64,000 nucleotides of DNA. Origin: Alphaproteobacteria bacterium (GTDB lineage Bacteria; Pseudomonadota; Alphaproteobacteria; UBA828). The notes below the pieces were generated by a model. That model searched no databases. It was not told where the DNA came from and was given only the letters and a program-made list of their open reading frames with translations. The position numbers and the translations under genes were made by a program. Position 1 is the stretch's first letter, and every line of letters starts with the position of its first letter. The stretch is from positions 1,536,001 through 1,600,000 of the forward strand of contig CBDCCI010000002.1 in the NCBI GenBank assembly GCA_965214705.1. Direction: 5' to 3'. This document shows positions 50,297 through 60,839 of the stretch, one piece after another.

Positions 50297-51367
50297 GTGC
50301 CTGTCCCAACAAACCCGTCGGTTAGAACCGTCTGGGCTGTGACCACCGGTGAAGCCGGCAAGGTGTCTCAGGCGGAGGGGTTGGCCGAGGCGCTCGGCTG
50401 GCCGTTCGAGAGCATCGTCGTCCGGCTGCGCCGGCCCTGGTCGTGGCCGCCCGCGCATTGGCAGTCGCCGGGTCTCTTGCGCTATGGGGTGGAGGAAAAC
50501 CTCCCGCGGCCCTGGCCTAACCTGCTGATCAGCTGCGGCAGGCGCAGCGCCGCGGTCTCGGCTGCGGTGCGGCGCGCCACCGGCGGCCGAACCTTCGCCG
50601 TGCACATCCAGAACCCGCGAACGCCTCTCCCTTGTTTCGACCTGATTGTGCCGCTGGCGCATGACGGGATCGCCGGGCCCAACGTGGTGGCGACGCAGGC
50701 CGCCCTGAACCGTATAACGCCCGAGAAGCTCGCGGCCGCGGCCGAGGAATGGCAGGAACGGCTCGGCAACCTGACTGTCGCCGTGCTGCTCGGCGGCCGC
50801 TCGCGGTCATATCGCTTTACGCGGGAGACAATCGACAAGCTGGCGCGCGGCCTCGCGAGCCTCGACGGGGAAATCGCGATCACGCCGTCGCGGCGGACGA
50901 GCCCCGGCGTGGTCGATGCGCTCAAGGCCCGTGTGCCGAAGGCTTGGTTCTGGGACGGCACCGGTCCCAACCCCTATCTCGGCATGCTGGCGTTGGCGCG
51001 GCACGTCGTGGTCACCGAGGACTCGGTCTCCATGATCAGCGAGGCCATCTCCACCGGAAAGCCGGTCTACGTTGCCAAGATGGCGGGCGGTAGCCGCCGG
51101 CTCGCGCAGTTCCACGCCTCGCTCGCGGAAGGCGGTGTCGTGCGGCCCTTTGACGGCCGGCTCGCTCAATGGCGCTACGAGCCGGTCAACGAGACTCCGC
51201 GCATCGCTGCCGAAGTGCGCCGACGGATGGGAGCCGCTTCAGCCGCCGCGCCATCCCCCTGGACCTGTCACCAGGGTATGCCTCTCTCGCAGGGGTTGGG
51301 AAGGTCTGCTACTGTCCCCGCCAACTCTTGTGTACGGCGATTTCCGGGAGAGGAGACCAGTCAATGA
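50297..51367 (+). CDS. Mitochondrial fission ELM1-family protein (putative nucleoside-diphosphate-sugar enzyme)
   Basis: TGEAGKVSQAEGLAEAL, LLISCGRR, HIQNPR, PSRRT, NPYLGML, VTEDSVSMISEA. Confidence 0.85.
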   Translation: MPVPTNPSVRTVWAVTTGEAGKVSQAEGLAEALGWPFESIVVRLRRPWSWPPAHWQSPGLLRYGVEENLPRPWPNLLISCGRRSAAVSAAVRRATGGRTFAVHIQNPRTPLPCFDLIVPLAHDGIAGPNVVATQAALNRITPEKLAAAAEEWQERLGNLTVAVLLGGRSRSYRFTRETIDKLARGLASLDGEIAITPSRRTSPGVVDALKARVPKAWFWDGTGPNPYLGMLALARHVVVTEDSVSMISEAISTGKPVYVAKMAGGSRRLAQFHASLAEGGVVRPFDGRLAQWRYEPVNETPRIAAEVRRRMGAASAAAPSPWTCHQGMPLSQGLGRSATVPANSCVRRFPGEETSQ

Positions 51368-52674
51368 CGACCGAGAGCCGCAGGGCAAAGGGTGCCGGCC
51401 GCACCCGTCGCGAGATCCTGAAAGCAGGCGCCGCCGGTGCCCTGGGGACGGCCGCGCTCAGCGCAGGCTTCCCCTCAATCGTCCGCGCTGCGGATACGGT
51501 GCGGATCGGTTACGTCAGCCCCAAGACCGGGCCGCTCGCGCCCTTCGCCGTTTCCGACGAGTTCAACGTCGCCACGGTGCTGGAGGCCATCGGCGGCAAG
51601 GTTCAATCCGGTGGCAAGAGCCTCGATGTCGAGATCATCGTTAAGGACAGCCAGTCGAACCCGAACCGCGCGGCCGAGGTGGCGAGCGAGCTGATCCTCT
51701 CCGACGAGGTGCATTTGCTCTGCGCCGGCAACACGCCGGAGACGACCAACCCGGTTGCGGACCAGGCCGAGATCAACGAGGTCCCCTGCGTCACCACGCT
51801 TTGCCCGTGGCAGCCATACTTCTTCGGCCGCGGCGGCAATCCGGCGGAGGGCTTCCAGTGGACCTACCACTATTTCTGGGGGCTGGAGGACGTGATCGCG
51901 GTCTTCCTCAACCTCTGGGCCAAGATCGAGACCAACAAGGTTGTCGGCGGGCTGTTCCCCAACGACGGCGACGGCAATGCCTGGGGCCATCCCGAGCTGG
52001 GCTTCCCCAAGCCCCTCGCGGCCGCCGGCTATACCCTGATCGATCCGGGCCGCTATCAGAACCTCTCCGACGACTTCTCGGCTCACATTTCCGAGTTCAA
52101 GGAAAACGGCGTCGAGATCGTCACCGGCGTCGTGCTGCCGCCGGACTTCACCACCTTCTGGACCCAGGCCGCGCAGCAAGGCTTCCGGCCCAAGGCGGCG
52201 ACCGTGGGCAAGGCGCTGCTTTTCCCCGAGGCGATCGGGGCACTCGGCGACGCCGGGCACAACCTGAGCTCCGAGATCTGGTGGAGCCCCTCGCACCCCT
52301 TCACCTCGAGCATCACCGGCCAGAGCTGCGGCGAGCTCGCCGCTGCCTTCACCGCCGCCACCGGCAAGCAGTGGAGCCAGCCAGTGGGCTACGGCCACTC
52401 GATCTTCGAGGTGGCGCTGGACGTCGTGAGCCGGGCCGAGGACGTCAACGATCCTGAGTCCATGCTGGCGTCCATCGTCGCCACCAACGTCTCGACGATC
52501 GCAGGGCCGGTCTCGTGGGGCTCGGGCCCGGTGAAAAACGTCGCCAAGATGCCGCTGGTGGGCGGCCAGTGGCGGCGCACGCCGGACGGCCCCTTCGACC
52601 ATGATCTCACCATCACGTCGAACGAGACGGCGCCCGACGTTCCCACCAACGCCGAGATGGAGATCATCGGCTAA
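51364..52674 (+). CDS. Branched-chain-type ABC transporter substrate-binding protein (Tat signal)
   Basis: TRREILK Tat motif; [12 protein letters not shown]; [13 protein letters not shown]. Confidence 0.9.
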   Translation: MTTESRRAKGAGRTRREILKAGAAGALGTAALSAGFPSIVRAADTVRIGYVSPKTGPLAPFAVSDEFNVATVLEAIGGKVQSGGKSLDVEIIVKDSQSNPNRAAEVASELILSDEVHLLCAGNTPETTNPVADQAEINEVPCVTTLCPWQPYFFGRGGNPAEGFQWTYHYFWGLEDVIAVFLNLWAKIETNKVVGGLFPNDGDGNAWGHPELGFPKPLAAAGYTLIDPGRYQNLSDDFSAHISEFKENGVEIVTGVVLPPDFTTFWTQAAQQGFRPKAATVGKALLFPEAIGALGDAGHNLSSEIWWSPSHPFTSSITGQSCGELAAAFTAATGKQWSQPVGYGHSIFEVALDVVSRAEDVNDPESMLASIVATNVSTIAGPVSWGSGPVKNVAKMPLVGGQWRRTPDGPFDHDLTITSNETAPDVPTNAEMEIIG

Positions 52675-52683
52675 GAAGCGAGA

Positions 52684-52717
52684 CCTGCGGAGGGCGCCCC
52701 CGGCGCCGCTCCGCAGG
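52684..52717 (+). promoter_or_regulatory. Intercistronic stem-loop after substrate-binding gene
   Basis: CCTGCGGAG-GGCGCC-CCC-GGCGCC-G-CTCCGCAGG; no U-tract. Confidence 0.55.
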
Positions 52718-52728
52718 CGCGTGCCGGC

Positions 52729-53454
52729 ATGACGGCGCTGATCGCGCTGGAGGGCGTCTCCAAGAGCTTCGGCTCGGTCAGGGCGACCGACCAGTTCAGC
52801 ATGGAGCTCGTGGACGGCGAGGCGCTCGGCGTCATCGGCCCTAACGGCGCCGGCAAGAGCACCATGTTCAACATCATCACCGGCGCGGTGCGGCCGAACG
52901 CGGGGCGCGTGCTCTTCGCCGGCCGCGACATCACGCGGGCGCCCGCTCACGAGCGCTGCCGCATGGGGATCGGGCGCTCCTACCAGATCCCCCATCCCTT
53001 CGCGAACATGACCGTGTTCGAGAACCTGCTGGTGGGCGCGGCCTTCGGCGGCAGCCGCTCCGAGGCGGCCTGCTACGAGGAGTGCTGCGAAATCCTGGAG
53101 CGCACCGGCCTGCTGGAGAAGGCGAATGCGCTGGCCGGCGCGCTCACCCTGCTGGAGCGCAAGCGGCTGGAGATGGCGCGCGCGCTCGCGACCCGGCCTC
53201 GCGTGTTGCTTCTGGACGAGATCGCAGGCGGGTTGACCGAGCACGAATGCGTTGCGCTGGTCGAGACCATCAAGGCGATCCACCGCACCGGGGTCTCCAT
53301 CGTCTGGATCGAGCACGTGGTCCACGCGCTGCTCTCGGTGGTGAGCCGCCTGATCGTCATCAACTTCGGCCAGAAGCTCGCCGAGGGCGACCCGCACCAG
53401 GTGATGGCGAGCGCCGAGGTGCAGGAGGTCTACATGGGGATCAGCGCCGAATGA
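52729..53454 (+). CDS. ABC transporter ATP-binding protein (LivG-like)
   Basis: [27 protein letters not shown]. Confidence 0.9.
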   Translation: MTALIALEGVSKSFGSVRATDQFSMELVDGEALGVIGPNGAGKSTMFNIITGAVRPNAGRVLFAGRDITRAPAHERCRMGIGRSYQIPHPFANMTVFENLLVGAAFGGSRSEAACYEECCEILERTGLLEKANALAGALTLLERKRLEMARALATRPRVLLLDEIAGGLTEHECVALVETIKAIHRTGVSIVWIEHVVHALLSVVSRLIVINFGQKLAEGDPHQVMASAEVQEVYMGISAE

Positions 53455-54164
53455 GCGCGGCGCCGGAGCCGGTGCTGGCGACCCACGAACTCACCGCCTT
53501 CTACGGCGATTTCCAGGCGCTGTTCGGGATCGACGTGCATGTCGCGCGCGGCGAGACCGTTGCCATCATCGGGGCCAACGGCGCGGGCAAGTCGACGTTC
53601 CTGAGAAGCGTGGTCGGGCAGCTGTCGTCCGGGCGGGAGCAGGTGACGTTCGAGGGCGAGCCCATCGGCCATCTGCCGGCGCACGAGATCGTGCGCCGCG
53701 GAGTCGCGCTGGTGCCCGAGGGGCGGCTGCTCTTCCCCTCGCTCTTGGTCGAGGAGAACCTGCGTCTCGGGGCCTATGGCAAGCGCGCGGGTCCGTGGAA
53801 GATCGAGCGCGTGCACGAGCTCTTCCCGGTCCTGCGGGAGCGCCGCGCGACGCCCGGCACCGCGCTCAGCGGCGGCGAGCAGCAGATGTGCGCCATCGGC
53901 CGCGCGCTGATGAGCAACCCGACGCTCTTGCTCTGCGACGAGCTCAGCCTGGGGCTCGCGCCGGTCATCATCCGGCAGATCTACGCCGTGCTGCCGGTAA
54001 TCGTTTCCGAGGGGACGACCATCGTCGTGGTCGAGCAGGACATCAACCAGGCGCTTGCCGTCGCCGACCGTGTCTGTTGTTTCCAGGAAGGCCGCGTTTC
54101 GCTCCAGGGCAGGCCGGACGACCTCTCCCGCGAAGACGTCGCCACGGCGTACTTCGGTGTTTAG
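53451..54164 (+). CDS. ABC transporter ATP-binding protein (LivF-like)
   Basis: GANGAGKST, VPEGR, LSGGEQQM, DELSLGLAP; ATGA overlap. Confidence 0.9.
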   Translation: MSAAPEPVLATHELTAFYGDFQALFGIDVHVARGETVAIIGANGAGKSTFLRSVVGQLSSGREQVTFEGEPIGHLPAHEIVRRGVALVPEGRLLFPSLLVEENLRLGAYGKRAGPWKIERVHELFPVLRERRATPGTALSGGEQQMCAIGRALMSNPTLLLCDELSLGLAPVIIRQIYAVLPVIVSEGTTIVVVEQDINQALAVADRVCCFQEGRVSLQGRPDDLSREDVATAYFGV

Positions 54165-54180
54165 AGCGGCCTGACCCGCG

Positions 54181-55050
54181 ATGGAGTGGCTCGACGCCAT
54201 CATTCAGGGCGTGTTGCTGGGCGGGCTCTACGCGCTGTTCGCGACCGGGCTCTCGCTCATCTTCGGCGTGATGCGGCTGGTCAACATCGCGCACGGCGAT
54301 CTGATCGTGCTCGCCGCCTTCCTCGGCCTCGCCATGGTCAACGGCACCGGCGTGCATCCGCTCATCAGCCTGATCGTCATCGTGCCGGTGATGGCGGCGA
54401 TCGGCTACGCGCTCCAGCGCGGCATCCTCAACTTCACGCTGGGCCGTGACATCCTGCCGCCGCTGCTGGTGACCTTCGGCCTCTCGATCATCATCCAGAA
54501 CGTGCTGCTGGAGGTGTTCTCCGCCGACACGCAGCGCCTCAAGGCCGGTGCGCTCGAGACCGCGAGCATCGCCATCGGCGAGCAGATCGCCATCGGCTGG
54601 TTCCCCCTCATCGTCTTCCTGTCTGCGGTCGGCGTGATCGCTGCCTTGCAGCTCGTGCTCTTCCGCACCCGGCTGGGCACCGCCTTCCGCGCGACCTCCG
54701 ACGACCACGAGACCGCGGCGCTGATGGGCATCGACAACCGCCACGTCTTCGCGCTCGCGATGGCGTTGGCGCTCGCGGTGGTGGCACTCGCCGGCACCTT
54801 CATGGCGATCCGCACCAACTTCTCGCCCGCCATCGGGCCGGCGCGGCTGCTCTACGCTTTCGAGGCGGTGATCATCGGCGGACTCGGCAGCCTGTGGGGC
54901 ACGCTCGCCGGCGGCGTGATCCTGGGCGTGGCGCAGGCCATCGGCGCCAAGTTTCACCCCGGCGGGCAGATCCTCGCGGGGCACGTCGCGTTCCTGATCG
55001 TGCTCGTGCTCCGCCCCAACGGGCTCTTCCCGCGCACGAGGGATCGGTGA
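54181..55050 (+). CDS. ABC transporter permease (LivH-like)
   Basis: GLSLIFGVMRLVNIAHG, IIGGLGSL. Confidence 0.9.
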   Translation: MEWLDAIIQGVLLGGLYALFATGLSLIFGVMRLVNIAHGDLIVLAAFLGLAMVNGTGVHPLISLIVIVPVMAAIGYALQRGILNFTLGRDILPPLLVTFGLSIIIQNVLLEVFSADTQRLKAGALETASIAIGEQIAIGWFPLIVFLSAVGVIAALQLVLFRTRLGTAFRATSDDHETAALMGIDNRHVFALAMALALAVVALAGTFMAIRTNFSPAIGPARLLYAFEAVIIGGLGSLWGTLAGGVILGVAQAIGAKFHPGGQILAGHVAFLIVLVLRPNGLFPRTRDR

Positions 55051-56117
55051 GCGAGGGCGCCGCCAGCTACCGCGTCGCGCGCGGCACACGCGCGAGCCGC
55101 TACGGCGCGCTGGTCGCGATCGCAGGCCTCGCCGTCCTGATCTCGCTCCCGTTCTGGGGCGGGCGCGCGGACATGCGGACCATCGTCGAGATCGCCTACT
55201 ACCTGGCGCTGGCACAGCTCTGGAACCTGCTCGCGGGCTACGCCGGGCTGGTCTCGGTCGGCCAGCAGGCCTTCCTGGGCCTCGGCGGCTACGCGCTTTT
55301 CGTCTTCGCGATGAACGCGGGCGTCCACCCCATCGCGGCGATCCCGCTCGCGGGCATCGCCGCCGCGCTCTTCGCCGTGCCGACGGCGTTCATCGTGTTC
55401 CGCCTGCGGGGCGCCTACTTCGCCATCGGCACCTGGGTGGTGGCGGAGGTGTACATGCTCTCCTTCGCCCAGGTGTCCGCGCTCGGCGGCGGCTCCGGCA
55501 TGAGCCTGCCGGCAGCCGTGGTGAAGGGCATCGCCGCAGGCCGCATGTGGCGGGAAACGGCGATCTACTGGACCGGGATTGCCATCGCGGTCGGCGCCAT
55601 CGCGCTGGTCTACCTGCTGCTCCGCTCGCGCCACGGCCTCGCGCTGACCGCGATCCGCGATTCTGAGGAGGCGTCCGGCAGCCTCGGCGTCGACAACTTC
55701 CGCACCAAGATCTGGGTCTATATCGTCGCCGCCTTCGGTACCGGCATGGTCGGCGCGCTGGTGTTCCTGACCAAGCTCCGCATCTCGCCGGAGGCCGGCT
55801 TCAACGTGGTCGACTGGACCGCCAACGTCATCTTCATCGTCGTGATCGGCGGCATCGGCACCATCGAAGGGCCGATCATCGGGGTCATCATCTTCTTCGT
55901 GCTGCGCGAGCTGCTCGCGGACTTCGGCAGCTGGTACCTGATCGTGCTCGGCGGGATTGCGGTGCTGATGATGCTGCGGGCGCCGCAGGGCGTCTGGGGC
56001 CTGATCGCCGAGCGCTTCGATATCCGCTTCTTCCCGGTGCAGCGGCGCCTCGTGTTCGACCCCGCGTCCTTCAGTTTCGTGTCGGACTCCCAAGACGAGA
56101 ACGATCGCAACCGGTGA
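55047..56117 (+). CDS. ABC transporter permease (LivM-like)
   Basis: WNLLAGYAGLVSVG, RLRGAYFAI, IGGIGTIEGP; GTGA overlap. Confidence 0.9.
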   Translation: MSEGAASYRVARGTRASRYGALVAIAGLAVLISLPFWGGRADMRTIVEIAYYLALAQLWNLLAGYAGLVSVGQQAFLGLGGYALFVFAMNAGVHPIAAIPLAGIAAALFAVPTAFIVFRLRGAYFAIGTWVVAEVYMLSFAQVSALGGGSGMSLPAAVVKGIAAGRMWRETAIYWTGIAIAVGAIALVYLLLRSRHGLALTAIRDSEEASGSLGVDNFRTKIWVYIVAAFGTGMVGALVFLTKLRISPEAGFNVVDWTANVIFIVVIGGIGTIEGPIIGVIIFFVLRELLADFGSWYLIVLGGIAVLMMLRAPQGVWGLIAERFDIRFFPVQRRLVFDPASFSFVSDSQDENDRNR

Positions 56118-56150
56118 ACTTCCGGCGGGTGTATCGCTTTCGGGTTCCGG

Positions 56151-56966
56151 CTACTTCACGGCGCCGAGGGCGAGGCCGCGGATCATGTGGCGCTGAATCA
56201 GGAACACCACGATCAGCATCGGCACGAGCTGGATCACCACCGCCGCCGAGAGCGGCCCCCAGAGCACGTTGTAGAGGTCGATCATCTTGGCGATCTGCAC
56301 CGGGATCGTGACCGCCTTGTAGCTGGTGAGGTAGAGCGCGAAGAGGAACTCGTTCCAGGCGAAGACGAAGGTGAAGACCGCGGTGACCGCAATGCCGGAA
56401 GTCGCCATCGGCAGCATGATGCGCCAGATGATCGAGAACCAGCCGAGGCCGTCCAGCCGCGCCGCCTCCTCGACCTCGCGCGGCAGGTCGAGCAGGAAGC
56501 CGCGCAGCAGCCACACCGCGAACGGCAGGCCGTAGGCCACGTAGACGATGATCATGCCGAGGTGGCTGTCGGTGAGCCCGGTCCACTGCGCCATCAGGAA
56601 GTAGGGCAGCGCGATCACTACGCCCGGCATGAAGCGGAGCGAGAGGATCAAAAGCGACATGCCGTCGGCGCCCCGCATCTTCATCCGCGCCAACGCGTAG
56701 GCCGAGATCAGCGCCAGGAACATCGTGATGATGGTGGAGACGATGACGATGATCGCGCTGTTGAGGATGGCCTGGGCGAAATCGAAGCGCTCGAAGGTCG
56801 TGTGGTAGTGCTCAAGCGTTGGGTCGAAGGCGAACTGCGGCTTCGGGGCGTTGATCACGTTCGTCGGCTTCACCGAGGTCATCGCGATCCAGTAGAGCGG
56901 CGCGAGGTAGACCGCGACCACGACCACCGCGCCGACATCCAGGAATCGTCTGAGCGGCGTGCGCAT
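56151..56966 (-). CDS. Carbohydrate-type ABC transporter permease
   Basis: LPREVEEAARLDG EAA motif; AWNEFLFAL. Confidence 0.9.
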   Translation of the reverse strand: MRTPLRRFLDVGAVVVVAVYLAPLYWIAMTSVKPTNVINAPKPQFAFDPTLEHYHTTFERFDFAQAILNSAIIVIVSTIITMFLALISAYALARMKMRGADGMSLLILSLRFMPGVVIALPYFLMAQWTGLTDSHLGMIIVYVAYGLPFAVWLLRGFLLDLPREVEEAARLDGLGWFSIIWRIMLPMATSGIAVTAVFTFVFAWNEFLFALYLTSYKAVTIPVQIAKMIDLYNVLWGPLSAAVVIQLVPMLIVVFLIQRHMIRGLALGAVK

Positions 56967-57910
56967 CAGACGCTCACCTTCTGCCGCGTCGCCTTCTCCT
57001 GCCGATGCAGGACGCGGAGGAAGCTGATCACCACGATGTTGATGGCGATCACCATGAGCACGCCGTAGGCCGCCATGACGCCGAGCCGGCCGGCGTGGAA
57101 GATGGAATAGATGTTCATGCTGGCGAGCAGCGTGGACGAGCCGGGCCCGCCCCGCGTGATGATGAGGATCACGTCGAAGATGCGGATCTCATCCACCAGC
57201 CTCAACAGCAGCACCACCGTCACCACGGGCCAGATCAGCGGCAGCACGATGCGGCGCAGATAGGTGAGGCCGCGCACCCGGTCAAGCCGCGCGGCCTCGA
57301 CCACCTCCGGAGATATCCCCTGCATGCCGGCGAGCAGGATGAGCGTGACGAAGGGCGTCCACTGCCAGATGTCGACGATCATCACCGAGAGCAGCGCCGT
57401 ATCCGGGTGGGTGTGCCACAGGCTCTTCTCGAGGCCCACGCCCTGGAGCAGATAGTTGAGCAGGCCGCCGATGGGCTCGAACATCGCGCGCCAAGAGAGC
57501 CCGAGCGCGACCGGCGTGATGAACACCGGGATCACGATGAGGGTTCTCAGAATGCCGATGCCGCGCATGGTGGTGTCCAGCAGCATGGCCAGGAACAGGC
57601 CCAGGATCAGTTGAACCGGCACCGTGATGGCGCACCAGATGCCGGCGAGCCGGAGCGTCTTCCAGAACGTGTCGTCGTTGAAGAAGAGGAATTCGAAATT
57701 GCGCGGGCCGACCCAGCGCGCCGCCAGCGGGTTGAACAGGTTGTCGCTGCGGAACGCCGTCGCCACGGTCCACCCCAGGGGATAGACCGCGAGCCCGATC
57801 AGGATGAGGAGAGTCGGAAGGACGAGAAGGTAAGCGATCCGATTCTCGCTCAGGTGAAGAAAGGGCTGGCGGCGCCCCCCGGAGGAGCCCGCCAGCCCTG
57901 GTACAGCCAT
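56966..57910 (-). CDS. Carbohydrate-type ABC transporter permease
   Basis: WQWTPFV, EVVEAARLD, TRGGPGSST. Confidence 0.9.
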   Translation of the reverse strand: MAVPGLAGSSGGRRQPFLHLSENRIAYLLVLPTLLILIGLAVYPLGWTVATAFRSDNLFNPLAARWVGPRNFEFLFFNDDTFWKTLRLAGIWCAITVPVQLILGLFLAMLLDTTMRGIGILRTLIVIPVFITPVALGLSWRAMFEPIGGLLNYLLQGVGLEKSLWHTHPDTALLSVMIVDIWQWTPFVTLILLAGMQGISPEVVEAARLDRVRGLTYLRRIVLPLIWPVVTVVLLLRLVDEIRIFDVILIITRGGPGSSTLLASMNIYSIFHAGRLGVMAAYGVLMVIAINIVVISFLRVLHRQEKATRQKVSV

Positions 57911-57921
57911 GCAGAGAACGC

Positions 57922-59343
57922 TTAGTCGTAGTAGCCGTTATCCGCCATGATCTGGCGCTGCGCCTCGTCGATGTCCACGAGCGCCTCTTCCATGCCCTTT
58001 TCGCCCGCGATCACCGCGGCGACGTCGTTGCCGAGCGTGTCGGCGAGCGTGAAGGTCGGCGGCACCCAGACAAAGCCCGGCGTGCAGATCGGGATGGACC
58101 TCGCAAGCGCGTCGAAGTAGGGCTGCTTCTCCGCGTACTTGTTGAGCAGCGAAGTCCGCGCCGGCTGCCCGGCCGCGTTGACGAAGTCCTCGCCAATGCG
58201 GGTGTCGACGTAGTCGCCCGAGCTCATGTGCTTGACCCACTCGAACGCGGCCCGCTGGTCGTCGCCGAAGCTGTTGACGTAGAAGCCGAAGCCGCCCATC
58301 AGCGGTTCCTGCTTGCTGATCTCGGTCTCGCCGCCGGGTACGACATCCGAGCGGAAGTTCGCGTGGTGATCCGTGAAGTTGGGATCCTGCAGCACCGAGG
58401 TGCCCCACTCCATCGGCGCGAACACGGCGGAGCCCTTGGCGAGCACCGAGTTCGCCTCCTCGTCCGTCGCGTTCATCGTGATCGGGTGGCGATATTCCAT
58501 CAGCTTGAGCAGCATGGAGAACGCCTTGTGACCGATCTCGGTGTTGAACTGCGGCTCCCAGTTCTCGTCGAACCAGACGCCGCCGTAGGAGCGGATCATC
58601 TGGTAGAGCTCGAGGCCGGCGAAGAGGCCGCGGCGCCCGGTGGTGACGAAGCCGTAGATGTCGTTGTCAGGATCGTGCAGAGCCTTGCAGACCTCGATGG
58701 TCTCTTCCCAGGTCGTCGGGACCGAAGTGATGCCCGCTTCGTCGAACTTGTCCTGGCGGTAGTACATCAGCTTCGTGTTGCTATCGAAGGCGATGGAGGC
58801 GTGGTGGCCCTCCGGCGTCTGCGGGAAGTTGTAGCCCACGGTGACGTTGGCCGGGACATCGGCGTGGTAGTCGTCCAGCCAGCCCTGGTCCTCGGCGAGC
58901 CACTCGTCGAGGTTGAGCGGCGTGCCGATGGTGCCGATCGACGACATCACGTTGTGGTCGTTGATGGCGCAGTTGTAGGAGTCCGACTTGGACGCCGCGT
59001 AGACCTGCATCTTGGTGTAGGCCTCGCCCACCGGCTCCGCGATGATCTTCACATTGACGTTGGGGAAGCGCTCCTTGAAGGTCCCGACCACGGCTTCGAG
59101 CGGCAGGCCCCAGCGCTGGCCCGCGAAGGTGTAGGCCACCACGTCGCCCTCGAGGCTGTCGTCGGTGTACCAGCCGGGCCCGTTGGTGTCTGACGAGCGC
59201 GCCCACTTCGGCGCGACGCCGACGCCTGCGGCCGCAGCCATGGCTGCCGAGATCTGGAGCATCTGCCGGCGCGTGATCTTCGCCCGCATGTCACGCGCGT
59301 GCTGCATCGATTGCTTGTAGAGAGTCTCTCTGTCCGTACCCAT
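57922..59343 (-). CDS. Extracellular solute-binding protein family 1 (Tat signal)
   Basis: TRRQML Tat motif; YYRQD...PTTWEE; upstream of two permeases. Confidence 0.88.
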   Translation of the reverse strand: MGTDRETLYKQSMQHARDMRAKITRRQMLQISAAMAAAAGVGVAPKWARSSDTNGPGWYTDDSLEGDVVAYTFAGQRWGLPLEAVVGTFKERFPNVNVKIIAEPVGEAYTKMQVYAASKSDSYNCAINDHNVMSSIGTIGTPLNLDEWLAEDQGWLDDYHADVPANVTVGYNFPQTPEGHHASIAFDSNTKLMYYRQDKFDEAGITSVPTTWEETIEVCKALHDPDNDIYGFVTTGRRGLFAGLELYQMIRSYGGVWFDENWEPQFNTEIGHKAFSMLLKLMEYRHPITMNATDEEANSVLAKGSAVFAPMEWGTSVLQDPNFTDHHANFRSDVVPGGETEISKQEPLMGGFGFYVNSFGDDQRAAFEWVKHMSSGDYVDTRIGEDFVNAAGQPARTSLLNKYAEKQPYFDALARSIPICTPGFVWVPPTFTLADTLGNDVAAVIAGEKGMEEALVDIDEAQRQIMADNGYYD

Positions 59344-59449
59344 GTGAACCTCCCCTGGGATTTGGTCGTGGAAACTATAGCGCCGCGCCGTGGGGAGTGT
59401 ATACGTTGACGGAGCCGTAAACTCGGCGTCCAACCCGCGGAGAGCCCCC

Positions 59450-60793
59450 ATGTCCTACTGGATCAGCCAGAGCGTCGATGGCGCGCCCTTGCCCAAGGCG
59501 GTTCGTGCCGAAGGCGTCTACGTCTACGGCGAGGACGGCAAGCGCTACATCGACAGCACCGGCGGGCCGGGGCTGTTCTCCCTCGGTCACGGCCACCCGG
59601 AAGTGACGGCGGCGATCAAGGACCAGTTCGACCGGATGGCCTACGGCTTCAGCATGACCTTCACGACGGATGTGGTGGAGGAGCTCTCCGAGAAGGTCGT
59701 GACGGCCGCCGGCGCCGATCGTTTCGGCGGCGTGTTCTACTCGTCGAGCGGGTCCGAGGCCAACGAGCACGCGCTGAAGGCCGCGCTACAGTATCACCTC
59801 GCGAATGGCGAGCCCGAGCGGACCCGCTTCATCGGCCGCAAGCTCTCCTGGCACGGGGCGACGCTCGGTGTGCTCGACGTCGGCCATCACCTCTGGCGGC
59901 GGAGCCTCTACGAGAGCGAGCTCGGCCGCGCGACCCACGTCTCCGCGCCGATGCTTTATCGGCCGCCGGAGGGCGTCGCGCCCGAGGACCTCGCGCAGCA
60001 CTATGCGGACGAGCTCGATGCCGAGATCCGGCGCGTAGGCCCCGGTCGGGTCGCGGCCTTCATCTTCGAGCCCATCGGCGGCGGCACCGGCGGCATCCTG
60101 CCGCCGCCCGCCGGCTACGCCCAGGCCATGCGCGCGGTCTGCGACGAGCACGGCGTGCTCATGATCGCGGACGAGATTTTTTGCGGCGTGGGGCGCTCCG
60201 GCAAATGGCGGGCGCTGGAGCATGACGATGTGAACCCCGACATCATGACCATCGCAAAGGGGCTCTCGGGCGGCTACATGCCGCTCAGCGCCTGCGTGCT
60301 CTCGCGCCAGGTGCGCGAGACGATCGACCGCGCCTACGGCAATCTCGAAGCGGCCCGCACCTATTCCGGCCACACCGCCGCCTGCGCGGCCGGGCGCGCG
60401 GTGCTGGGCATCATCGAGCGCGACGGGCTGGTGGAGAAGGTCGCGAGCGACGGCATCTACCTCAAGGAGCGGCTGGACCGGGCGCTGGGCCAGGACGACG
60501 CGGTCGGCGATATCCGGGGCTGCGGCCTCATGTGGGGGATCGAGCTGGTCAAGGACCGCGACACCAAGGAGCCGTTCGATCCCGCGCTCCAGGTGTGGAA
60601 GCGCTATCGCGACGCCGCGCTGGAGAACGGCATGCTGAGCTACCAGGGCGGCGCCATCATCGACAGTAAGCGCGGCGATTACGCTCTCGTCACCCCGGCC
60701 TACACGGCGACGCGGGACGAGCTCGACGAGATCGTGGACAAGGTCGCCCTCTCGATCCGCCAGGCCGTGGAGTCGGCGCGCGCCGCGGCCTGA
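59450..60793 (+). CDS. Class III aminotransferase
   Basis: SGSEANE, SWHGAT, FIFEPIGG, ADEIFCGVGRSG, IAKGLSGGY. Confidence 0.88.
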   Translation: MSYWISQSVDGAPLPKAVRAEGVYVYGEDGKRYIDSTGGPGLFSLGHGHPEVTAAIKDQFDRMAYGFSMTFTTDVVEELSEKVVTAAGADRFGGVFYSSSGSEANEHALKAALQYHLANGEPERTRFIGRKLSWHGATLGVLDVGHHLWRRSLYESELGRATHVSAPMLYRPPEGVAPEDLAQHYADELDAEIRRVGPGRVAAFIFEPIGGGTGGILPPPAGYAQAMRAVCDEHGVLMIADEIFCGVGRSGKWRALEHDDVNPDIMTIAKGLSGGYMPLSACVLSRQVRETIDRAYGNLEAARTYSGHTAACAAGRAVLGIIERDGLVEKVASDGIYLKERLDRALGQDDAVGDIRGCGLMWGIELVKDRDTKEPFDPALQVWKRYRDAALENGMLSYQGGAIIDSKRGDYALVTPAYTATRDELDEIVDKVALSIRQAVESARAAA

Positions 60794-60839
60794 ATCCGCC
60801 GCGCCGACGGGCTCCCCCGCTTCGACAGCGATACGTCTC

